The notes: generated from the letters alone by a model not told the origin. A stretch of DNA of 64,000 nt from Armatimonadota bacterium (GCA_037440005.1 JBBIUY010000004.1:71323-135322), one strand, 5' to 3'. Shown: positions 47,280 through 58,820, numbered from the stretch's first letter. A program made the numbers and translations.

Positions 47280-48875
47280 ATGAGGATGCGGGGGCGGGAG
47301 ACCGGTCCGGTCCGCCTGGTCCGGGCGGCCTCCCTGATGGCGGCCGCCACCGTGGCCAGCCGCGCCCTGGGGCTGGTGCGGGAGGTGGTCACGGCGTGGC
47401 TGTTCGGGGCGTCCGACGCCAAGGCGGCTTTCGTGATAGCGTACTCGCTGCCCTTTTTCGTCCAGAGGCTGCTGCTGGGCGGCACCCTCAGCATCGTCTT
47501 CATCCCCACCCTGTCCCGCCTGCTGGCCCGGGACGAGGCCGAGGCGGCCCGGGTGGCGGGGATCACCCTCACCGTGGTGACGGTCGCGGGGGTGGCCATG
47601 GTGGCGGCGGGTTACATTCTGGCCCCGGTCCTGGTGACGCTCGCCGCGCCGGGGTTCACCCGTACGCCCGGGCTGGTGGACCTGGCCGTGGACCTGACCC
47701 GGATCATCTTCGTGGCCATGCTGTTTCTTGCGCTGGCCATCTACGTCACCGGCTTTTTGCAGGCCCACCAGCGGTTCACGACGCCGGCGCTGGCCCCCCT
47801 GCTGTTCAACGGGGCCATCATCGCCGGCATCCTGGCCCTGGGCCCGCGCCTGGGGATCCGGGGGCTGGCGGTGAGCTGGGTCCTGGGCACCGCCGCCCAG
47901 CTGCTGGTCCAGTGGTTTCCCGCCCGGCGGCTGGGGCTGCGTCCGGCCCGGCCGGACCTGGCGCACCCCGCGGTGCGGGAGATGGGGCGGTTGGCGGTCC
48001 CGGCGATGCTCGGTCTGGCGGTCGTGGAGGTCAACGCGTACGTGGACCGGTTCTTCGCCTCGCTGCTGCCGGCCAGCCCGGCCGTGCACCCGGTGGCCGC
48101 CCTGGACTACGCCTATGAGGTGGTGCAGGCCCCGGCGGGCATCTTTGCTATCTCGGTGGCCACCGCGGTCTTTCCCCTGCTGGCGCGCCACGCGGCCATC
48201 GGGGACCGCGACGACCTCCGGGGTACGTTCTCGCTGGCCCTGCGCTCGTTGATGGTGGTGATCCTTCCGGTGGCGGCGGTGGCGGTGGCGCTGCGGGAGC
48301 CTCTGGTGCGCGTCATCTTCCAGCGGGGCGAGTTCGGCCCGCAGGCCACGCAGGCGGTGGCGGGCGTGCTGGCGGGCTATGCGGTGGGTCTGCCGGCCAT
48401 CGCCGGCTACTATGTGGTCACCCGGGCCCTGTACGCTCTGCAGGACGTGGCGACGCCGGTGCGCGTCGGCGTCGCCATGGTCATCCTGAACGCGCTGCTG
48501 GACCTGGTGCTGATGCGCTGGCTGGGGACGGTGGGCATCGCCCTGGCCACCTCGGTGGTGGCCACGGCCAACGTGGGTCTGCTGCTGGCGGCGCTGCGGC
48601 GGCGGCTGGGCCGGCTGGACGGCGGGCGGATCCTGGCCACCACCTCCCGGGCCGCCCTGGCCGCCGCGGGGGCCGGCGGGGTCATGGCGGAGATGGCGGG
48701 GTGGGCGCACTCGGGCCCGGGTCAGCTGGGGGCGGCTGCTCTGGCCGCCGCGGCCGGCGCCGCGGTCTACCTGGGGGCCTGCCGGGTGCTGCGGGTGGCG
48801 GAGCTGGGTCTGGTCCTGGCCCTGCTGCGCGGCCGCCCCGTGCTGACCGGCGCGGGCGGCCGGGGGTCGCGTTGA
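47280..48875 (+). CDS. murJ: Lipid II flippase MurJ (MviN)
   Basis: SRALGLVRE, FIPTL, PALAPLLFN, IFQRGEF, many TM segments. Confidence 0.93.
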   Translation: MRMRGRETGPVRLVRAASLMAAATVASRALGLVREVVTAWLFGASDAKAAFVIAYSLPFFVQRLLLGGTLSIVFIPTLSRLLARDEAEAARVAGITLTVVTVAGVAMVAAGYILAPVLVTLAAPGFTRTPGLVDLAVDLTRIIFVAMLFLALAIYVTGFLQAHQRFTTPALAPLLFNGAIIAGILALGPRLGIRGLAVSWVLGTAAQLLVQWFPARRLGLRPARPDLAHPAVREMGRLAVPAMLGLAVVEVNAYVDRFFASLLPASPAVHPVAALDYAYEVVQAPAGIFAISVATAVFPLLARHAAIGDRDDLRGTFSLALRSLMVVILPVAAVAVALREPLVRVIFQRGEFGPQATQAVAGVLAGYAVGLPAIAGYYVVTRALYALQDVATPVRVGVAMVILNALLDLVLMRWLGTVGIALATSVVATANVGLLLAALRRRLGRLDGGRILATTSRAALAAAGAGGVMAEMAGWAHSGPGQLGAAALAAAAGAAVYLGACRVLRVAELGLVLALLRGRPVLTGAGGRGSR

Positions 48876-48901
48876 CACCGTTTTTGGCCGGGTGCTATGG
48901 T
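48872..48901 (+). promoter_or_regulatory. SigA promoter of the hrcA operon
   Basis: TTGACA-N18-TATGGT with a TG extension; -35 overlaps the murJ stop. Confidence 0.75.
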
Positions 48902-48913
48902 GGGGGATGACGG

Positions 48914-48940
48914 TTAGCACTCTTGAACAAAGAGTGCTAA
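48914..48940 (+). promoter_or_regulatory. CIRCE element (HrcA operator)
   Basis: Perfect TTAGCACTC-N9-GAGTGCTAA. Confidence 0.97.
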
Positions 48941-48968
48941 TGCCGTCCGCTCGGACGGTGAGGAGCCG

Positions 48969-50003
48969 GTGACGATGCCGCGGCTGGACGCGCGCAAGCG
49001 GGACATCCTGCGGGCGGTGATCCAGACCTACGTGGACACCGCCGAGCCCGTGGGCTCGGAGGTTCTGGCGCACCGCGCCCGGCTGGGGGTGAGCGCCGCC
49101 ACCATCCGCAACGAGATGGCGGCCCTGGAGGAGATGGGGCTGCTGGCCCAGCCCCACACCTCAGCCGGCCGCATCCCCACCGACCGCGGGTACCGGGTGT
49201 ACGTGGACTCCATGCTGGAGGAAGAGCAGCTGCCGGCCGGGCAGCGCCACTGGGTGCGGCGGCGGCTGGCGGCCGCCCTCGCGGAGCGCGAGCGGGTGCC
49301 CCAGGAAGTGGCGCGGGCGCTGGCGACTTTGACCCCTTACGCGTCGGTGGTCTCCCACCCCCACCCGCGCCGGCTGGTCTTCCGCCACCTGCACTTCGTC
49401 CCCCTGGAAGCCACCCGGGTCCTGGCGGTCATCGTGACCGACGCCGGCGTCCTCCAGGCGCGCACCCTGGACCTGCAGGAGCCCATGGACCCCGACGGGC
49501 TGGAGCGGCTATCCCGCATGGTGAGCCAGCGCTTCCAGGGGCACCCGCTGGGGGAGATCACCGACACCCTGCTCCAGCAGGTGGTGGACGAGGTCGCCTG
49601 GCAGCACCGGGTGGTGAAGCTGCTGGCCGACCGGATTCTCCGGCGCCTGCCGGCGGCCTCCCGGCGCATCCACATCGAGGGGACCGCCAACATCCTGGCG
49701 CAGCCCGAGTTCCGCGACGCCCGAACCGCCCGCCCGGTGCTGCGGGCGCTGGAGCAGGAGGAGGTGGTGGCCGGCCTGCTGGAGGACGCCTCCGACCGCC
49801 CGGTGTGGATCGCCATCGGCAGCGAGCACCGGGTGGAGGCGCTGCGGGGGTGCAGCGTGGTGGTGGCCGCCTACCGGGTCGGCGGCCGGCCGGCCGGCGC
49901 CCTGGGCATCGTGGGGCCCACCCGGATGCCCTACGGGCGCGTGGTGGCCCTGGTCCGCTACCTGGCCGACAGCGTCAGCCAGGCGCTGGCCGAGGCGCGG
50001 TGA
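48969..50003 (+). CDS. hrcA: Heat-inducible transcription repressor HrcA
   Basis: EPVGS, SAATIRNEM, QPHTSAGRIPTDRGYRVYVD, GIVGPTRMPY. Confidence 0.97.
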   Translation: MTMPRLDARKRDILRAVIQTYVDTAEPVGSEVLAHRARLGVSAATIRNEMAALEEMGLLAQPHTSAGRIPTDRGYRVYVDSMLEEEQLPAGQRHWVRRRLAAALAERERVPQEVARALATLTPYASVVSHPHPRRLVFRHLHFVPLEATRVLAVIVTDAGVLQARTLDLQEPMDPDGLERLSRMVSQRFQGHPLGEITDTLLQQVVDEVAWQHRVVKLLADRILRRLPAASRRIHIEGTANILAQPEFRDARTARPVLRALEQEEVVAGLLEDASDRPVWIAIGSEHRVEALRGCSVVVAAYRVGGRPAGALGIVGPTRMPYGRVVALVRYLADSVSQALAEAR

Positions 50004-50009
50004 GGCCCC

Positions 50010-51110
50010 ATGCGGGACTACTACGAGATTCTCGGGGTCGACCGCAACGCCACCCAGGAAGAGATCAAGCAGGCCTTCCGCCGCCTGGCCCGGGAGTACC
50101 ACCCCGACGTCCGCCGGGACGACCCGCAGGCCAGCGAGCGCTTCAAGGAGATCAACGAAGCCTACCAGGTTCTCAGCGACCCGGAGCGCCGCGCCCAGTA
50201 CGACCGGTTCGGCACCGTGCAGCCGGTCCCCACGACCCCGGCCGAAGACCTGTTCGGGCCCCTTGAACCGTTTGAGGACCTGTTTGAGATGTTCTTCGGC
50301 CGGCGGGCGCGGGCGGACCGCCAGGGGCCCCAGCGCGGGGCGGACCTGCGGTACGACCTGGAGGTCGCCCTTGAGGAGGCGGCCTCCGGAGTCGAGAAGA
50401 CCCTGGAGATTCGCCGGCTCGACACCTGTCCGTCCTGCTTCGGCACCGGCGCCGAGCGGGGATCGGCGCCGGAACGGTGTCGCACCTGCGGTGGCACAGG
50501 ACAGGTGCGCTACTCCCAGCGGACCATCTTCGGCTCGTGGACCCAGATCAGCACGTGTCCCACCTGCGGCGGAGACGGTACGGTGCTGCGCCATCCCTGC
50601 CGACAGTGCCGGGGCCGCGGGCGGGCCGAGGTCACCCGCTCACTGACCGTGACCGTTCCCGCGGGAGTGGAGGACGGGGCGCGGCTGCGGGTGCCGGGCG
50701 AGGGCGAGGCCGGAACCCACGGAGGCCCCCGGGGGGACCTGTACGTGGTGGTCCACCTGCGCCCCCACCCGGTGTTCGAGCGGCGCGGGCGCGACCTGTA
50801 CTGCACGGTGCCCATCTCCATCTACCAGGCGGCGCTGGGGGACGAGGTGGAAATCCCCACCCTGCACGGCCCCCGCCGCCACCCGGTGCCCCCCGGCGTG
50901 CAGCCGGGGACGGTCCTGACCCTGCGGGGCCTGGGGCTCCCCGACGGCCGGGGCGGGCGGGGAGACCTGCACGTCCGATTGGAGGTGCAGGTGCCCCGGG
51001 ACCTCACCGATCAGGAGCGGGACCTCCTGCGGCAGGCGGCGGCCCTGCGCCACGGTCCGCGCCGGCCGGCCCGGCGCAGGGCGGACCGGGTGCGCGACCT
51101 GTTCTCGTAG
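50010..51110 (+). CDS. dnaJ: Chaperone DnaJ
   Basis: [11 protein letters not shown], four CxxCxGxG repeats, GDLYV. Confidence 0.96.
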   Translation: MRDYYEILGVDRNATQEEIKQAFRRLAREYHPDVRRDDPQASERFKEINEAYQVLSDPERRAQYDRFGTVQPVPTTPAEDLFGPLEPFEDLFEMFFGRRARADRQGPQRGADLRYDLEVALEEAASGVEKTLEIRRLDTCPSCFGTGAERGSAPERCRTCGGTGQVRYSQRTIFGSWTQISTCPTCGGDGTVLRHPCRQCRGRGRAEVTRSLTVTVPAGVEDGARLRVPGEGEAGTHGGPRGDLYVVVHLRPHPVFERRGRDLYCTVPISIYQAALGDEVEIPTLHGPRRHPVPPGVQPGTVLTLRGLGLPDGRGGRGDLHVRLEVQVPRDLTDQERDLLRQAAALRHGPRRPARRRADRVRDLFS

Positions 51111-51140
51111 GCCCGGCGCCTCCGCGCGCGGTCGCGGGCC

Positions 51141-52019
51141 ATGAAGTGGGTGGAGATCACCGTCACCACGACCCCCCAGGCCGCCGAGGCGGTGGCCAAC
51201 ATCCTGCTGGAGACCCGCGCCGGCGGCGTCCAGGAGGAGACGCCCCGGTCCGGCCAGGTCCTGCTGCGCGCCTACCTGCCGGTCGGACCGGCCACCGACG
51301 TGACCGTGCGTGCCATCGCCCGCCGCGTCCGGGCCCTGCCCCGGGTGGGCCTGGAGATCCGCCCGGGACGGATCCGCACCCGCGTCGTGGACGACGAGGG
51401 GTGGGTCCACGCGTGGAAGCGGTACGTGCGGGCCCGGCCCGTCGGCCGGACCCTGTGGATCACCCCCACGTGGGAGACGGAGCCGCCGCCGCCGGGGCGG
51501 GTGGTGGTGGAGCTGGACCCGGGGATGGCGTTCGGCACCGGGCTGCATCCGTCCACCCGCCAGTGCCTGGAGGTGCTGGAAGACGTCCTGCGGGGCGGGG
51601 AGACGGTGCTGGACGTGGGCACCGGATCGGGCATCCTGGCCATCGCCGCCGCGCGCCTGGGGGCCGCCCGGGTGGTGGCGGTGGACATCGACCCGGTGGC
51701 CGTCGAGGTGGCCACCCGCAACGTGGCCCACAACGGGGTGGCCGACCGCGTGCGCGTCCGTCAGGGGACGTTCCTGCGGGGCGTGTCGGAGCGGGGCGAC
51801 CTGATCGTGGCCAACCTCACCGCCGACCTGCACCTGGAGTTCGTGGCCGAGGCCGCAGAGCACCTGCGTCCGGCCGGCGTGCTGGCGGCCGGCGGCATCG
51901 GCGCCGACCGCTGCGTGGAGGTGGAGGCGGTGGCCCGCGCCTGCGGGTGGACGGTCCGGGACCGCCGCGCCGACGGCGAGTGGCGGTGCCTGGTGCTGGT
52001 CCGGGCGACCGGCGCGTGA
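51141..52019 (+). CDS. prmA: Ribosomal protein L11 methyltransferase
   Basis: LDPGMAFGTGLHPST, LDVGTGSGILAIAA, IVANL. Confidence 0.95.
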   Translation: MKWVEITVTTTPQAAEAVANILLETRAGGVQEETPRSGQVLLRAYLPVGPATDVTVRAIARRVRALPRVGLEIRPGRIRTRVVDDEGWVHAWKRYVRARPVGRTLWITPTWETEPPPPGRVVVELDPGMAFGTGLHPSTRQCLEVLEDVLRGGETVLDVGTGSGILAIAAARLGAARVVAVDIDPVAVEVATRNVAHNGVADRVRVRQGTFLRGVSERGDLIVANLTADLHLEFVAEAAEHLRPAGVLAAGGIGADRCVEVEAVARACGWTVRDRRADGEWRCLVLVRATGA

Positions 52020-52029
52020 CGGAGGCGCC

Positions 52030-52821
52030 GTGACGGACCGCGACGCGCCGGCGCGACGGTTCTTTGTGCCCGCAGACCTGCTGGCCGCAGGACGGGTGGT
52101 CTTTCCCCGCGAGCAGGCCCACCACATGGCGGTGGTGCTGCGCCTGCGCGCCGGCGACCGGGTGGTGGCGTTCGACGGCACCGGGGTGGACCGGGTGGTG
52201 GAACTGGTGGAGGTGGCCCCCGACCGGGTCGTCGGCCGAGTGGTGGACGTCCTGCCGGGCCGCCGGCCGCCGCTGCACCTGGTGCTGGTCCAGGGCGTCC
52301 CCCGGGGCGCCAAGATGGACGCCGTGGTGCGGGCGGGAACGGAACTGGGGGTGGTGGAATTTCTGCCCGTGGTCGCCGCCCGCACCACCGCCCGCGGCCA
52401 GGGGCGGGTGGAACGCTGGCGCCGCATCGCCCGGGACGCGGCCCAGCAGTGCCGCCGCAGCGACGTCCCGGTGGTGCACCCGCCGCAGCCGCTCTCCGCG
52501 GCGCTGGCCCACATCGCCTCCTGCGACCTGCGGGTGGTCCTGTGGGAGGGGGAGACCCGCCGGACCCTCGCCCACGCGCTGCGGGACGCGCCGGCGGCGC
52601 GCCGGGTGGCGGTGGCGGTGGGCCCGGAAGGCGGGTGGGACCCCGCCGAAGTGGCGGAGGCGGTGGCCGCGGGCGCGGTCACCGTCACCCTGGGACCGCT
52701 GATCCTGCGCACCGAGACCGCCGGTCCGGCGGCGGTGGCCATGGTGCTGTACGAGCTGGCCCTGCGCCGGACCGCCGACAGCTCCCCGTCGGACCGCCCG
52801 CCGGGGACGCTTCCCTCCTGA
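52030..52821 (+). CDS. rsmE: 16S rRNA (uracil-1498-N3)-methyltransferase
   Basis: HHMAVVLRL, TELGV, AAQQCRR, VGPEGG, LGPLILRTETA. Confidence 0.95.
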   Translation: MTDRDAPARRFFVPADLLAAGRVVFPREQAHHMAVVLRLRAGDRVVAFDGTGVDRVVELVEVAPDRVVGRVVDVLPGRRPPLHLVLVQGVPRGAKMDAVVRAGTELGVVEFLPVVAARTTARGQGRVERWRRIARDAAQQCRRSDVPVVHPPQPLSAALAHIASCDLRVVLWEGETRRTLAHALRDAPAARRVAVAVGPEGGWDPAEVAEAVAAGAVTVTLGPLILRTETAGPAAVAMVLYELALRRTADSSPSDRPPGTLPS

Positions 52822-52844
52822 CCGCCGGATCTTCCCCCGGACCA

Positions 52845-52873
52845 TTGCATATTCATGCAGAGGCTGGTATGAT
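52845..52873 (+). promoter_or_regulatory. arg operon promoter with an ARG box overlapping the -35
   Basis: TTGCAT-N17-TATGAT; near-palindromic TGCATATTCATGCA at 52846-52859. Confidence 0.85.
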
Positions 52874-52912
52874 TTTTCGTACCGCCCGCGGGCCGGGGCG
52901 GGGGAGGACGGC

Positions 52913-53950
52913 ATGACGGTGCGGGTGAGCATCATCGGCGCGTCGGGGTATGGCGGGGGAGAGCTGGCCCGCCTGCTGGTGGGACACCCCCGGGTGCGGC
53001 TGGTGCATCTGGCGGCGGACACCCGGGCCGGAGAGCCCCTGGCCGCGCTCCATCCTCACCTGCGGGGATTCAGCGACGCCGTCGCCGAGCCGGCGGACGC
53101 GGCCCGCATCGCCGCCGACTCGGACGTGGTGTTTCTGGCCCTCCCGCCCGGGCACGCCATGGCCCTGGCCCCGGCTCTGGTCGAGCACGCCCGGGTCATC
53201 GACCTGGGCGCCGACTTCCGGTTCCGGGACCCGCAGGTCTACGAGCAGACCTACCGCACGCCCCACCGGTGCCCACACCTGCTGGAGCAGGCGGCCTACG
53301 GCCTGACCGAGTACCACCGGGCGGAGGTCCGCCGCGCCCGCATCGTCGGCAACCCGGGCTGCTATCCCACGGCGGCCCTGCTGGCGGTGATCCCGCTGCT
53401 GCAGGCGGGGGTGGTGGCGTCCCAGGGCATCGTGATCGACGCCAAGTCCGGCGTCTCGGGAGCGGGCCGGGGCGCGTCGCTGGAGACCCACTTCAGCGAG
53501 GTCAACGAGAACGTCCGCCCCTACCAGGTGGTGGGGCACCGGCACACCCCTGAGATCGAGCAGGAGCTGGCCGCCTGCACCGGGCGCGCCGTCGCGGTGG
53601 CGTTCACGCCGCACCTGATTCCCATGACCCGGGGAATCCTGGTGACGGCCTACCTGCCGCTGGCCGCGGACCTGACCACCGAGGAGGCCACCGCCCTGCT
53701 GCGGGAGGCCTACGCCGCGGAACCCTTCGTCCGGGTGCTGGAGGACGGCCTGCCCCAGACCAAGGCCACCACCGGCAGCAACTTCTGCGACGTGGCGGTG
53801 CGCGTGGACCGGCGGGCCCGGGTGGCCGTGGCCCTGGCGGCGCTGGACAACCTGGTGAAGGGAGCCAGCGGTCAGGCCGTGCAGAACATGAACGCCATGC
53901 TGGGCTGGCCCGAGACCCTCGGGCTGGAGGCGCCGGGGCTGTTTCCGTGA
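52913..53950 (+). CDS. argC: N-acetyl-gamma-glutamyl-phosphate reductase
   Basis: GASGYGG, DLGADFR, GNPGCYPT, SGVSGAG, HRHTPEI, DNLVKGASGQAVQN. Confidence 0.97.
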   Translation: MTVRVSIIGASGYGGGELARLLVGHPRVRLVHLAADTRAGEPLAALHPHLRGFSDAVAEPADAARIAADSDVVFLALPPGHAMALAPALVEHARVIDLGADFRFRDPQVYEQTYRTPHRCPHLLEQAAYGLTEYHRAEVRRARIVGNPGCYPTAALLAVIPLLQAGVVASQGIVIDAKSGVSGAGRGASLETHFSEVNENVRPYQVVGHRHTPEIEQELAACTGRAVAVAFTPHLIPMTRGILVTAYLPLAADLTTEEATALLREAYAAEPFVRVLEDGLPQTKATTGSNFCDVAVRVDRRARVAVALAALDNLVKGASGQAVQNMNAMLGWPETLGLEAPGLFP

Positions 53951-55191
53951 GCGGGGAGGTGCGCGCGACGATGGCGATCGGGACGTCGGCGGTCCGCCTG
54001 GTGGCCGGCGGGGTCACCTCCCCCCGCGGGTTTCGGGCCTCGGGCGTCCACTGCGGGATCAAGGCGTCCCGCAAGGACCTGGCTCTGGTGGTCTGCGAGC
54101 GGCCCGCCGTGGCGGCGGCGCTGTTCACCACCAACCGGGTGAAGGCGGCGCCGGTCCTGCTCAGCCAGGAGCGGGTCCGGTCCGGGCGGGCGCGGGCCAT
54201 CGTGGTCACCAGCGGCAACGCCAACGCCTGCACGGGTCCCCGGGGGCTGGCCGACGCCCGGGAGATGGCGGCACTGGTGGCGGCCGAGCTGGGCGTCCCG
54301 GAAGAGGAGGTCCTGGTGGCCAGCACCGGGGTCATCGGGATCCCCCTGCCCATGGCGGCCGTCCGCCGGGGAATCCCCGCCGCGGTCCGGGCCCTGCGCC
54401 CCGACGGGGGCGACGACGCCGCCGAGGCGATCCTGACCACCGACGCCTTCGTGAAGACGGCGGCGGCCCAGGTGGAGGTGGGGGGGACCGTGGTGACGGT
54501 GGGCGGGATGGCCAAAGGGGCGGGCATGATCCACCCCCGCCTGGCCACCACCCTGGGGTTTTTCACCACCGACGCGGCGGTGACGGCGCCCGCGTTGCAG
54601 GCGGCCCTGCGGGCGGCCGCCGACCGCTCCTTCAACTGCATCTCGGTGGACGGCGACACCAGCACCAACGACTCGCTGTTCTGCCTGGCCAGCGGTCTGG
54701 CCGGCAACCCGCCCGTCGGGGACGCCGGCGACGGGCTGGCGGCGTTGGAGGCCGCCCTCACGGCGGTGGCCCGGGAACTGGCCCGGATGGTGGTCCGCGA
54801 CGGCGAGGGCGCCGGCCGGGTGGGGGCGCTGACGGTGCGGGGGGCCCGCTCGGGGGAGGACGCCCGCCGGGTGGCGGACGCGGTGATGACCTCGCCCCTG
54901 GTCAAGACCGCCCTGGCCGGCCCGGAGCCCAACTGGGGGCGGATCGTGGCGGCGGTGGGCCGGTCGGGAGCGGAGGTGGACCCCGACCGCGTCGACGTGT
55001 GGATCGCCGGTCACCTGGTGGCCCGCGGGGGAGCGGCGGCCGGGGCGGACCTGGCGGCCGTGGCGGCGGACATGCGAGCGCCCGAGGTGGAGATCGTGGT
55101 GGATCTGCACCTGGGAGACGGCGAGTGGTCGGGGTGGTTTGCCGACCTCACCGAGGCCTACGTGAAGACCAACGCCGGATACATGAGCTGA
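53947..55191 (+). CDS. argJ: Ornithine acetyltransferase ArgJ
   Basis: SGNANACTG, STGVIG, AKGAGMIHP.LAT, DGDTSTND, DGEG, NWGRI; start may be ATG 53971. Confidence 0.96.
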   Translation: MSGEVRATMAIGTSAVRLVAGGVTSPRGFRASGVHCGIKASRKDLALVVCERPAVAAALFTTNRVKAAPVLLSQERVRSGRARAIVVTSGNANACTGPRGLADAREMAALVAAELGVPEEEVLVASTGVIGIPLPMAAVRRGIPAAVRALRPDGGDDAAEAILTTDAFVKTAAAQVEVGGTVVTVGGMAKGAGMIHPRLATTLGFFTTDAAVTAPALQAALRAAADRSFNCISVDGDTSTNDSLFCLASGLAGNPPVGDAGDGLAALEAALTAVARELARMVVRDGEGAGRVGALTVRGARSGEDARRVADAVMTSPLVKTALAGPEPNWGRIVAAVGRSGAEVDPDRVDVWIAGHLVARGGAAAGADLAAVAADMRAPEVEIVVDLHLGDGEWSGWFADLTEAYVKTNAGYMS

Positions 55192-56087
55192 TGGCGCGCC
55201 GGGACGAGCTCCCTCCGGCCGCGGACGCGCACAGCGCGACGGCGCGTGATCCGGGCGAGGCGCTGGCCCAGGCCCTGCGCTACGTGCAGGCGTGGGCCAG
55301 CCGCACCGTCGTGGTCAAGTACGGCGGCAGCGTCATGACCGCCGGAGGGCCCCCCGACACCCTCGCCGAGGACCTGGTCCTCCTGCAGGGCGCGGGGGTG
55401 CGTCCGGTCCTGGTCCACGGGGGCGGGCCGGAGATCACCCGGATGCTGGAGCGCCTGGGCAAGCCCACCCGGTTCGTCAACGGGCTGCGGGTCACCGACG
55501 CCGAGACCATGGACGTGGTGGAGATGGTGCTGGCCGGCCGCGCCAACAAGGCCCTGGTGGCCCGCATCGCCGCCTCCGGGGGGCGGGCAGTGGGGCTGTG
55601 CGGCAAGGACGGCGGGCTGTTCGCGGCCCGGCCCCTGGCCAGCCCCGTGGATCTGGGCCTGGTGGGCGAGGTGGATGCGGTGGACCCCACGGTGGTGCGG
55701 CTGCTGGCCGAGCACGGTTTCATCCCGGTGGTGGCGTCGGTGGGGTGGGGCCGGGACGGCCGCACGTACAACCTCAACGCCGATCACGCGGCGGCGGCCC
55801 TGGCGGGGGCCCTGGGCGCCGGCAAGTTCATCGTCCTCACCGACGTCCCCGGCATCCTCGCCGGAGACCCGCCCGGGCAGGTGCTGTCCACGGTGAGCGC
55901 CGCGCAGGCCCGCCGGCTGGTGGCCGAAGGCGTCATCTCCCGGGGGATGATCCCCAAGGTGGAGGCCTGCCTGGCCGCCCTGGCGGCGGGGGTGCCCTCG
56001 GCCCACATCATCGACGGTCGCCGCCCCCACGGGCTGCTGGTGGAGCTGTTCACCGAGCAGGGGATCGGCACCATGATCACCCCCTGA
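55191..56087 (+). CDS. argB: Acetylglutamate kinase
   Basis: ATG overlaps the argJ TGA; VVKYGG, VHGGGPEI, GLRVTD, NLNAD, GMIPKV, ELFT..GIGT. Confidence 0.96.
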   Translation: MARRDELPPAADAHSATARDPGEALAQALRYVQAWASRTVVVKYGGSVMTAGGPPDTLAEDLVLLQGAGVRPVLVHGGGPEITRMLERLGKPTRFVNGLRVTDAETMDVVEMVLAGRANKALVARIAASGGRAVGLCGKDGGLFAARPLASPVDLGLVGEVDAVDPTVVRLLAEHGFIPVVASVGWGRDGRTYNLNADHAAAALAGALGAGKFIVLTDVPGILAGDPPGQVLSTVSAAQARRLVAEGVISRGMIPKVEACLAALAAGVPSAHIIDGRRPHGLLVELFTEQGIGTMITP

Positions 56088-56094
56088 GGCGGCC

Positions 56095-57303
56095 ATGGAC
56101 ACCCGCACCGTCGCCGAGATGACCGACCGCTACCTGATGCGCACCTACCGGCGCGCGCCGGTCGCGTTCGTCTCCGGCCAGGGGGCGCGTCTGGTGGGCG
56201 TGGACGGGCGCACCTACCTGGATTTCGTGGCCGGCATCGCCGTCGCCGCCCTGGGCCACAACCACCCGGCCCTCACCCGGGCCATCCGCGAGCAGGCCGG
56301 CCGCCTGCTGCACGTCAGCAACCTCTACCACATCCCCGAGCAGGCGGAGCTGGCCCGCTGGCTGGTGGAGCACTCGATGGCCGAGCGGGTCTTCTTCTGT
56401 AACAGCGGCGCCGAGGCCGCCGAGGCGGCCATCAAGATCGCCCGCAAGGTCGGGCGTGCGGGCGGCGCGGGGCGGTACGAGATCATCGTGGCCGAGGGAG
56501 CCTTCCACGGCCGCACCCTGGGCGCCCTGGCCGCCACGCCCCAGGCCCGCTACCGGGAGGGGTTCGAGCCCCTGCCGCCGGGGTTCGTCGTGGTGCCCTT
56601 CAACGACCCCCGGGCGCTGCGGGCGGCCGTGGGGCCGGCCACCTGCGCGGTGATGCTGGAGCCGGTGCAGGGCGAGGGCGGCGTGCGCCCGGCGTCGGCG
56701 GAGTACCTGCAGGAGGCGCGCCGGCTGTGCGACGCCCACGGCCTGCTGCTGATCTTCGACGAGGTCCAGACCGGCATGGGCCGCACCGGGCGCCTGTTTG
56801 CCTACCAGCACTACGGGGTGATCCCCGACGTGCTGACCCTGGCCAAGGGGCTGGGGGGCGGCGTGCCCATCGGCGCGGTCCTGGCCCGGGGGCGGGCGGC
56901 CGACGCGCTGGCCCCGGGCGACCACGGCTCGACCTTCGGAGGCAACCCCCTGGCGTGCGCGGCCGCCCTGGCCGTGGCCCGGACCCTGGAGGAGGAGGAC
57001 CTGGTGGGGCGGGCCGCCCGGGTCGGAGCGTACCTGATGGACCGGCTGCGCGACCTGGCCCGCCGGCATCCCGTCATCACCGAGGTGCGGGGGCTGGGAC
57101 TGCTGGTCGCGGTGGAGCTGGCCGCCGAGGCGGCGCCGGTGGTGGACGCCTGCCGGGAGCGGGGCCTGCTGGTCAACGCGGTGCGGCCCACCGCCCTGCG
57201 CCTGGCGCCTCCGTTGATCGTCGGCGAGACGGACGTGGATCAGGCCATCGAGATCCTGGACGCGGCCCTGGCGGCGGTGCGGCCGGCCGGTCCGCAAGAC
57301 TGA
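56095..57303 (+). CDS. argD: Acetylornithine aminotransferase
   Basis: NSGAEA, FHGRT, EPVQGEGG, DEVQTG, LAKGLGGG, HGSTFGGN; position in the arg operon. Confidence 0.94.
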   Translation: MDTRTVAEMTDRYLMRTYRRAPVAFVSGQGARLVGVDGRTYLDFVAGIAVAALGHNHPALTRAIREQAGRLLHVSNLYHIPEQAELARWLVEHSMAERVFFCNSGAEAAEAAIKIARKVGRAGGAGRYEIIVAEGAFHGRTLGALAATPQARYREGFEPLPPGFVVVPFNDPRALRAAVGPATCAVMLEPVQGEGGVRPASAEYLQEARRLCDAHGLLLIFDEVQTGMGRTGRLFAYQHYGVIPDVLTLAKGLGGGVPIGAVLARGRAADALAPGDHGSTFGGNPLACAAALAVARTLEEEDLVGRAARVGAYLMDRLRDLARRHPVITEVRGLGLLVAVELAAEAAPVVDACRERGLLVNAVRPTALRLAPPLIVGETDVDQAIEILDAALAAVRPAGPQD

Positions 57304-57315
57304 GGAGGCGGCGCC

Positions 57316-58551
<1,236 letters not shown>

Positions 58552-58820
58552 AGAAGGGAAAAGGGAAAAGGCAAAAGGGAACTGATCCCCAGTCCAACGT
58601 TTCAACGGTCCAACGGCCCAACGGTTCAACGCGAGAAAGGGAAGAGGGAAGAAGGAAGAGGGAAGAGGGAAGAGATCTCAGTCCAACGTCCCAACGGTCC
58701 AACGTTCCAACGCGAAAAAGGGAAAAGGGAAAAGGGAAGAGGGGAAAGACCTTCGGTCCAACGTTTCAACGGTCCAACGTTCCAACGTGAAAAAGGGAAG
58801 AGGGAAGAAGGAAGAGTGGA
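58552..58820. repeat. Composite short tandem repeat: alternating purine heptamer blocks and NNYCAACG octamer blocks
   Basis: Four AAAAGGG/AAGAGGG blocks alternate with octamer runs at 58592-58631 (5 copies), 58681-58712 (4) and 58756-58787 (4). Confidence 0.93.

Noticed and set aside
46920..49157. 745-aa ORF as an S20 fusion protein
   Set aside because: Only 46920-47168 is rpsT, with its own SD; the upstream part is antisense to murJ/hrcA.
58552..58820. CRISPR array
   Set aside because: Units are 7-8 bp tandem repeats with no unique 25-45 bp spacers, and no cas genes are in the window.
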